DNA of 32,000 nucleotides from Methylorubrum extorquens (GTDB lineage Bacteria; Pseudomonadota; Alphaproteobacteria; Rhizobiales; Beijerinckiaceae): NCBI GenBank assembly GCA_900234795.1, contig LT962688.1, positions 3,180,001 to 3,212,000 of the forward strand, read 5' to 3'. Shown piece by piece: positions 20,601 to 29,600 of this stretch (position 1 is its first letter; each line of letters starts with the position of its first letter). The notes under the pieces were generated by a model. It saw only the letters and a program-made list of their open reading frames with translations, ran no database searches and was not told where the DNA came from. The position numbers and the translations under genes were made by a program.

Positions 20601-23600
20601 ACCGAAGACCTTCGTGTTGCCGGCGATCTCGCTGACGGCGAGGTCGAGCCTGTCGTCGCCTGAACCGAGGCGAATGGCCGTGGCCGCAGCGCGGACCCGG
20701 CCGCGCAGGGCGAACCGGTCCTGGCCGCCGAGGCTGGTCAGCGCCAGGGTCGAAGTGGCGATCGTGGTGCCGAGCAGCGTGAGGGTGTTGTTACCCGCGC
20801 CGAGATTCACATCGATGGTCTTACCCGTGAGCGTCGCGCTCCGGAGCGGCGTCGTGCCGTCGAGCGCCGCATCGACCACGGTGTCGTTGCCCGAGCCGGA
20901 AACCAGGCTGAAGCTGTCGGCGGCGGTGAGCGTGCCGGCAAGTGCGACCTCGTTGTCTCCGTCGCCGAGCGCGATCGTGATGCTGTTGGCCGTCAGGTCG
21001 AGCGCATCCGTGACCGTCTGACCGGCCTTGCGGTGATCGCTGACGATGTCGAGGCCCGAACCGGTCGTGAGACGGAAGGCGGCGGCGATGCGGTACATGC
21101 CGGCGAGGGTGACCGTATTGGCCCCGTCGCCGAGATCGATCGCGAGCGACGTCGCCTCGACGCTGGCCTTGTCCACCACGCCATTGGTGACCCGCAGGTC
21201 GGTCAGCGTATCGCTGCCACCCGCGGCGGTGATCGTGAAGGCGTCGGCGATCTTGTAGGTGCCGGTCAGCGTGAGCGCGTTGTCGCCCGCGCCCGCATTC
21301 ACGGTCGTCGAACTGGCCGTGTAGCTGCCCTTCAGGTCGATGATGTCGTTGCCCGCGCCGGTCCTGATCGTGATCGCGTTCGTGACCGTGTAGGTGCCGG
21401 CCAGGGTGATCTTGTTGTTCCCGCCGCCCGCATCGAGGGTGTAGCTGGCGGCCTTGATCCCGCCGTTCAGGGTGATGACGTCGTCGGCGCTGCCGGTGAT
21501 GAACTCCATCGCCCCCGCGATGTCGTAGCCGCCGACGAGATTGGCCGTGTTGATGCCGTCGCCGAGATTGATCGACAGCGAGCCGGCCGTGATGTCGGTC
21601 GTGGCGGAGTCGGTCAGGGTGTCGATGCCCGACCCGCCCACGATCGTGAGGGCGCCCGCGATGCGATAGATGCCGTTCAGCGTCAGGTCGTTCCTGCCGG
21701 CCCCGGTCCCGGCGGAGATCTCCATCGAGCCGGCCGTGTAGCTGCCCTGAAGGTCGATCCGGTCGTTGCCCGCACCGGTGCGGATCGTGAGGGCGTTCCG
21801 CGCCTTGTAGGCGCCGGAGAGCGTGAGGCGGTTATCCCCCTCGCCCGCGTCGAGAGTGAAGCTGCCGGCATCGACGCTGCCCGTCAGGCCGATGATGTCG
21901 GCACCGCCCAGCGTCGTGAGCTGCACGGCATTGGTCACGACATAGGTGCCGCCGAGCCCGACCGTGTTCGCGCCGGCCCCGAGAGCGATCGTCACCGAAT
22001 CCGCGCCGACCTCGGCCTTGCGCGTGTCGCTGCCGACCACCTGCGTGTCGGCGAGCGTGTCGCTGCCCGAACCGGCGCTGATGATCAGCGCGCCGGTGGA
22101 GTATGCGCCCACCATCGTGATCGTGTTGTCGCCCTCGCCGGCGCGCAGCTCGATGCTGCCGCTGCGCGTGATCGTTCCTTCGACGATCGTCGCCGCGGTC
22201 GTCCCTCCGCTGATGGTGCGCTGACCCGTCGTGAAGGTGCCGTCCAGCACGATCTCGTCGCCGTTGCCACCGGACTCGATCAGGATCGAGGAACCGACGA
22301 AGGTGCCGGACAGCGTGATCTTGGAGGCCGTGTTGTCGGGCGTTCCGCTCGCGCTGAAGTCCGAGCGCAGGGTGATGGTGCCCTTCGCCTTCACGACCGC
22401 GCCCGCCTCGACGAGCAGGTTGTCGCCGGCGTTCAACGTCACCGAGCCGCCAGTCGAGAAGATCGTGACACCAGCCTTGACGGTCAGGTCGTCGCCCGAC
22501 GAACCCGTTTCGCCGGCCTGCTCGATGATGTCGCCGGACGAGATGATGTCCTTGTCGATCGTCAGCGGGCTCGACGTGCGGATGCCGATCCGGCCCCGCG
22601 CCGCCTGCAGACCGGTGGTGTCGCTGGTGACGCCGCCGACACGCAGGCCGCCGATGTTCCACAGCCAGATGTCGCCGTTGATCGAGCGGGCTTCGAGACC
22701 ACCATACTGGTCGCCAGCGAGGGTGCGCATGTTGGCGACGATGCGCTTGGTCTCCGAGCCGATGCTGCCGGAGGCGACGAGATAGGCCTTGCCGGAACGG
22801 AGGTTGGAGCTGCCGCCGGTGGTCTCGTTGTAGTTGGTCGATCCGTTGAGGATGCTGCCGGCCACTGCCGTGACGAAGGCCGTGCGCTGCGCGTCGGTGC
22901 CGACGCTGGCGAGGTTGAGATCGCCCGCACTCTCCAGGACGTAGAGGTTGCTCAGGCCGCTCTGGAGCGTGACGACACCATCCGTCGTGCGATCGACGTT
23001 GCTGTCGATCTCGAACTCGTCGCCAGCCACGCCGATGCCGTCGAGGGCGGTGAGCGTGATCGAGTGGCCGCTCACATTGGCACGGCCCGAACCGGCCACC
23101 GGTGCGGAGTCGATGTCGCGCGGGTCGGAGAGATCGCCCGCGTCGAGGATCGAGGCCTTGGCCGCCAGAACCACGTCACCCTTGGTGGTGACGGCCAGCA
23201 CCTTCATGCTGGTTTCGGTCTCGGTCAGGACGATGTCGCCCGTAGCGCCGGCCCGGACGGTGCCGGTCAGCTTCATCTCGATGGCGTCGCCCTTGGCGCC
23301 GATCGAGCCGGCGGCCTTCAGGTAGACGTTGGCCGCGACGATCTTGTTGGTGTCCGTATGGACACCGTCGAGGATGCTGCCCCGGTCCGAGACGAAGGTG
23401 ACGTCGCCGCCCTGCGAGAAGGCGGATTCCAGGTTCAGATCGCCGTTGCGGGCGGTGACGAAGATGTCGCGCGCCGCACGGACCGCCAGGGTCGAGCCCG
23501 TCGTCAGATCGATGCCGATCACCCGCGTTGCGGTGCCGACGCTGCCGTCTCCGCCTTCGAGGACGGTGTCGCCGCCCTTGATGTTCACCGCATCCGCCGC

Positions 23601-26600
23601 ACCGCCGTTGAGAAGGCCGGTGGAGGATTTCAGGCGGATCTCCTTGCCGGTGACCGATTCCACGCGGCCCACGGTCAGCAGGGCGGCGGTGTTGATAAAG
23701 ATCTGGGTGTTCGCCGTCACGTCGAGAGCGCCGGTGCCCTCGATGACGACCGCCTTGCGCTTCTGGATGAGCAGCTTGGTGATCTGATTGAACGGATTGC
23801 CGGCATCCTTGGCCGACTGGAACAGCACGACGCTGCGGGCGCTCTCCGTCTTCAGCGTGCTTCCGCTCTCGAGGATGAGCGTCGAGGCGCTCGCCTGCTT
23901 GATGGTGAAGCTGGTGTCCTTGGTGGTCGCGTTACCGGTCATTACGCCGAAGGTGCCGGCGACGCCGATCAGCATGCCGTCCGTTAAGCCGTCGCCGAGG
24001 AAGTTGCCCGACGCGCGGGTGATCACGGACACACCGGTCCCGTCGGTGGAACGCACGCCCACATTCACGGTGACGCCGGTCTCGGCCACGAAGAGCTGCG
24101 TCGCCTCGAGCCGGATCACGGAGCCGTTGACGGAGGCGATGCGGTAGACGCTCGTGGAGGCCGCGCTGGTGTTGGCGGTGGCGCCCGCGATGTAGAGCGT
24201 GCTGCCGACCGTGTAGGTGCTGTCCCACGCCGTGCCGTCGGTGCGGGTCAGAACACCCTGGTTGCTCGCCGTATCGTTGCTGAAGCTGACGGTCAGGGTC
24301 GTCGGAGCCGCCTTGAGCAGGTCGAAGGCGACTTCGGCGGTCACGCGCGGCGCCTCGCCGGTGACGGCGATGCTGACACCGATATCGATGTTACGGGCGA
24401 CGCCCTGGCTGCCGAAGACCTTGTCGACGGTGATGACGTTCCCGACGACGCTGATGATCTTGTAGCTCACCGAGGTCTCGGCCGAAGCATTCGGCGTCAC
24501 ACCTCCGATGTAGAGCGTACCGTTGTAGAGCTTGCCGTTCTTGTCGAAGAAGGCGCTCGTATCCCAGTTCGCGCCATCCTGGCGGATCACGGTGCCGTTG
24601 CTGCCGGACTGGCCAAAGATGACGTTGGTGGTGATCGAAGCCTTCGTCAGGAAGACGAGGTCGCTGCGCTCGGCGGCGCCGAGATCGATCTGCTGATCCG
24701 GGGTGAGCGGCGCGGCACCGGGGCCGATATCGATCAGGCTGGTTCCGCTCACGGAGCCGACATTGCCCGACGTCACGATTTTGATGTTGGCACCCTTGAT
24801 GATCGGGTCCTGCTTGTCGACGATCGTGCTGGTCGTCTCCTTGAGCAGCCCCTGGCCGACGGCGCTCAGCAGCTCTTCCTGCGTCCAGCGCTTGATGCCG
24901 GCGTCGATGGCATCGGCCGTCGCCTTGTCGATGAAGAAGGCGGGCGCCGCCTTGCGGCTGGCCGTCAGGGCGTTCGTGTTGGGCGTATCGGCCGTGTTGT
25001 AGGAGCCCGGCAGGCTGTTGAAGAAGCTGTGGAGCGAGCGGTACTGCGCCGTCAGCGCCGCCGACCGCAGATCCTGCGCTGCGGTGCGGGCCGCGTCGAT
25101 GGCGGTGGAACTCACGTTCTCCGTCTCCGCCGCGGTGCGGGCCGCGGACACGGCGTCGATGAGCGCCTGACCGGCGAGGCGCGGCGCGAAGGCGGCGTTG
25201 TAGACGCTCGGGTCGACCTGCTGGTTGCGGTAGCTCCAGTAGGCTTCGTAATCGGCCTGCACGGCCGTCGTCTCGGCCGCGACCGTCGAGGCGTCGTAGC
25301 TGTTGCCCAACCCGCCGAAGCGGAGATGGAGCGCCGCGTAGGTTGCCTTGAGCGCGGCTTCCGCCGCCGCCACCTTGCCGGAGGTTGCCAGACGCAGGGC
25401 CGCCTCGCCGAGGGTCTGCGAACCGGCATCCTTGGTGAACTGGTCGGTCAGGGAGGCCAGCTCGGCGCCACTGATCCGGGTCGATCCGTTCGCGAGGTAG
25501 GTGCTGTAGAGGTCGTAGGCCGCGCCGAGCTTCACGACGTAGTGGTTGCCGAAGCCCGAGAAGAGGGCATCGAGATCCTTGTAGGCCTGCGATTGCAGCG
25601 TCGTCGCGTCGCCCGCCTCACGCATCTGCCAATACTGGTCGTATTGGGCGCTGAAGTTCGTGACATTCGTGGCGTCGAAGCTGCCGAAGACCAGCTTCAA
25701 GTTGTTGAAGTCGGTGGTCCGCGAGTCGGTGATCTGCTTGATCTGTGCGGAGACATAATCGGTCAGCACGGTCCCCGAAAGCTTGGTTCCGCGCGCCTCG
25801 GCCTCGATGGCCGTCGTGTAGAGCTGCGCGATCTGCGCTTCGGTCAGGCGGGTGCCCTGATCGGTCTCGAGCTGCGCGATCTGAGCCGTGACGCGCGCGA
25901 TCAGCGCATCGCCGGAAATCGGGGCCGCATGCGTCGCGGCCTGCATCTTGGCGAGCGCCGCAGCGTTCCCCTGGACCGTGTAGGCGGAATCGAAGCTGCC
26001 GCTGTTCGGCTGCGTGCCGCGGATCGCCCAGTAGGTGGCGTAATCACCCGAGAGGTCGGCGTGATAGACGTCGCCGTAGCGGCCGTACTGCTCGTGCAGC
26101 ACCCGGTATTGCAGCGTGCGGTTGGTTTCGAGCGCCTTGACCGCGTTGTCGACATAGGTCTTCACCGCGCCGGCGTCGGTGATGCCCGCATCCTTCGCCT
26201 GGCTCGTGAACAGGGCGGTATAGTAGGCGCGTTCGCCGGTCTTCTCGCTGAGGGTGATCTCGAAGCCAGAGTCGTAGCGGGACGGGTCGGCCTGCTGGTT
26301 CCGATAGGCCCAGTAAGCGTTGTAGTCGCGCTCGCGGGTGCTCTCGTAGGCGCTGAGCGTGCGCTCGAACTTCAGGTTCGCATCCTCGGTGGTGAGGGCG
26401 AGATCCTTCCAGACGCCGTTGATGAGCTGGGACGCAACCCGGTCGTCGCGCACGGAGACGTTGTTGACGTTGAGCAGATTCCCGGCGTCGACCTTGATGT
26501 AGACGTCGCCGTTGGCCGTCAGGCTGTTCAGGCGCAGGTCGCCCGTGAGTTCACGGATGCCGATCGAACCGGCCGCTGTGATGTCGGTCTTGTCACGGGC

Positions 26601-29600
26601 GGTGGTGCCGCCGTCGAGCTTGATCGGGGCCGCCTCGGAGCCGAAGCGACCGCCCGCGATCACCTTGATGGAGCCGCCTGACACCACGCCTTCGCCGGCC
26701 ACGGTGATGCCGTTCGTCGAAACGAGCTTGACGTCGAAGCCGCCACCCGCCGCGATCTTGTCGATCCCGAGTTCGTTGTCGACGGTCCGGACGTTGAGGT
26801 TGATGTTGCCCGCACTCGTCGTGGCCTTGAGCGTGTTGCCGGCCCCGATGGTCGTGACGTTGAGCGCCTGATCGGTGGCGTTGCTGCCGTTGCCGACGCC
26901 GATGCCGCGCGCAGCCTGCAGCGTGACGCGCGAGCCGGTGATGGCCGCGGTCGAGCTGAGATGCTGGATCGTCCCGCCCGAGGTGATCGTCGTGGTGCCG
27001 TTGTCGTTCTTGATCCCGCCGGCAATCAGCACGCGGCCGGAGCCCTGCGAGTCGATGCTGACGGTGCCGGTGCGCTCGCCGGTGAACTTGATCTTGATAC
27101 CGTAATCGGCCTGCAGGCTATGGGTCGCCTGGGTCTCGGTATAATCGACCGTCTGGAACTTGGAGTAGTAAGTCTTCTTTCCGTACCAAGTGCTCGTCGT
27201 CCAGCTTGCAACTTCCTTCGGCTTCTCGGCCGAGCGGGTGTATTCGGGCGCGCCCAGGAAGGCGTAACCCGACTTGCTGGCATCGATATAGTAATAGGCG
27301 GATTCGGGCTGCAGAGCTGCCTTCTCGGTGATCTCCTTGTTGAAGGCGCTCAGGGGCGGCGGATCCTTGGCAAAGGCATCGATACCAGCCCAGGATGAGG
27401 TGCCCGTCGTCAGAGAGTAGGTGTTCTTGGCCCCCTGGCCGATGGTGAAGGCGTAGCGGTATCCGGTCTTCGGATCGTACTGGGTCGTGCTGCTGCCGTT
27501 ATACTTGGTGATCTCGGCGCCGGTGCTGTTCAGATCGGCGCTGTAGCGCGTGACGACGCCTTCGGCGTCCTGCCGGATCAGGGTCTGGCGGAAGGCGATG
27601 TCGTTGGCATCGGCAATGCCGTTGCCGTTCACGTCGGTCTTGTAGGCGAGATCCTTGATGTCGATCGTGCCGATGCCGCGCCGCGACAGGTCGATGCGGT
27701 TGAGGACGACGTCACGGTTAAGCTGATTGACGACCTCGACCTTGGCGTAACCGCCCAGCGCCCGCAATTCACCGACGCCCGCATTGGTGTTGAGCATGAC
27801 GCCGGTCAGGTTGATCTGGCCGCCGGTCGAGACGACCTCGTCGATCTCGATGGCACCGGTCTGCCGGTTGTAGCTGGCAGAGTAGCCGTCGCGGGTCAGC
27901 GTGCTCAGGTTCGCGGTGCGATAGGGATTACGGAGGATCTCCTGAATCTCGTTCTCGACCGACTGATCGATGACGATTCTGTAGAGGTCACGTCCGCTCT
28001 GCACCAGACCATTGAGGTTCAGGTACTGCGCCTTGATGGTCACCGCGCCGCTGGCAATGACGCTCGACTGCGAGCCGGACAGCGCCCGAGCGATGTCGGA
28101 AGCGGACTTGCCGGTCATCGGACCGGATCCGGCTTCGAGCACCGCCTTGATCTGACCGTAGGGGTCGCCGCCGACGGAGTAGGTGCGCAGATCCTCGGTC
28201 AGGCCGATGGCGACGGTGCCGCCGACATCGGTCTTCAGCTCCTTGATGGTGGTCTTGGCCGTGATGGTGAGATCACCGCCTGCCGCCGTCGCCACGTTGA
28301 GGACCGCCGTCGGCGCGTAGATGTCGCCGACGATGAGAATGGACGGTGCGGTGTTGCCGTTGCGGGCACCGGAGGTGTTCTTGAGCGAGATGTCGCTCTT
28401 GCTGTCCTTCGTGACGACACCGCCGGCGGTGAGGACCTGGAAGTTGACGTCACGGCCACCGGCGATCGCCTTGGCGGCGGCGGCATCCGGGCTCGCGGCG
28501 TTCTTCGCGATGATCGCTTGGCGACGGGTGTTGAAGTCGTCGCTCGACGTCACCGGGATCTGTGCGTCGTTGAAGAAGGTGCCGCCATTCGATTCCGGCA
28601 TCGTGATGCCGGTGATGACGAGGCTCGCCACGGAGTTGTTGGTGATCTCGACCTTCGTGTCGGAGGCGGCATCGAGCTTGCCCGAACCGAGCAGGGCATC
28701 GGCCCGCACGATGATACCGCCGGCGCCCGCCGAGAACGGGCTCACCGTGATGGCCTGGACCTGCTTGTAGAGCGGGATGAGGACCGTCCGGCCGTCGAAG
28801 GTCGTTTGGAACTCCGCGAGCCCGTCGGCCAGCAGCTCGGCTTTGATCCGGTTCACCTCGCCCTGATAGTAGGCCTGGAGCGTGGCGTTGTCCTTGTAGG
28901 TCGAGAGGCCCTTCGTGGCTTCCTCGTAGGCCTTGATCAGGTTCGACTGGGCGTTGGCGAAGCCGAGGCTGATGGTGATGGGCAGCTTCGGCAGGGTCGC
29001 CGAAGCCGAGGTCGCACCATCCGCCAGGGTGATCGTGAAGCTCTTGGTGTTGTCCGAATCCGCGATCGGGTTGCCGGCCGCATCGTACTTCTGGCCGTTG
29101 AGCTTGACGGTTCCCGTGATCAGGGTCGCGGCGCCGTTGCCCGGCGCCCGCGTCATGTCGTCGATGACGATGGAGATGTTGCGGGTGATGCCGGTGACGA
29201 CCGTGCCGTCGACGATGACGGTGCCGATCGAGCCCGTCTGCGTATCGCCGACCGGCGTGACGGCCGAGCCGCCGAGCAGACTGTCGATCGCGCCGGCGAC
29301 GGCGGTGGTCCAGTTCGTGCCCTTCATGCGGGCCACGGCGTTGGAATTGCCCTGGCGGTTCGTGAAGAGGTTGGCGTTGCCCGCCGTCTTGATCGTGGCA
29401 CCGCCATCGATCTTGATCGTGTTGATCTCCTCGACGCGGATCTTGGCCGCCAGCGAGGTGATCGGGATCGCGCTGCCCGCGAAATTGTCGGTCGTCGCCG
29501 ACGCGTCGTAGGCGTCGTCGTAAGCCTTCTTGTTGGTGCCGACGAGGAGATCCGCGTCGCCATAGGCGGTGATGTCGGCACCCGCGCCGACGTTCACCGC

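Noticed and set aside
8976-20663. Plus-strand ORF of 3,895 aa (11.7 kb without a stop), antisense to the repeat array
   Set aside because: It is a shadow frame. The sense codons are almost exclusively GGC/GAC/ACC/ATC/GTC/GCC/AAC, so the complementary strand almost never contains TAA/TAG/TGA. Its product is a monotonous D/A/V/G/R string with no recognisable motif, whereas the minus-strand frame carries textbook GGxGxD motifs and continues for 29 kb.
12388-22662. Minus-strand out-of-frame ORFs nested in the giant gene (for example 12388..12972, 15785..16447, 21832..22662)
   Set aside because: These are alternative frames of the same strand with Arg/Ser/Thr/Pro/Ala-rich low-complexity products. 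They have no independent start context or motifs and are explained by stop-codon depletion.
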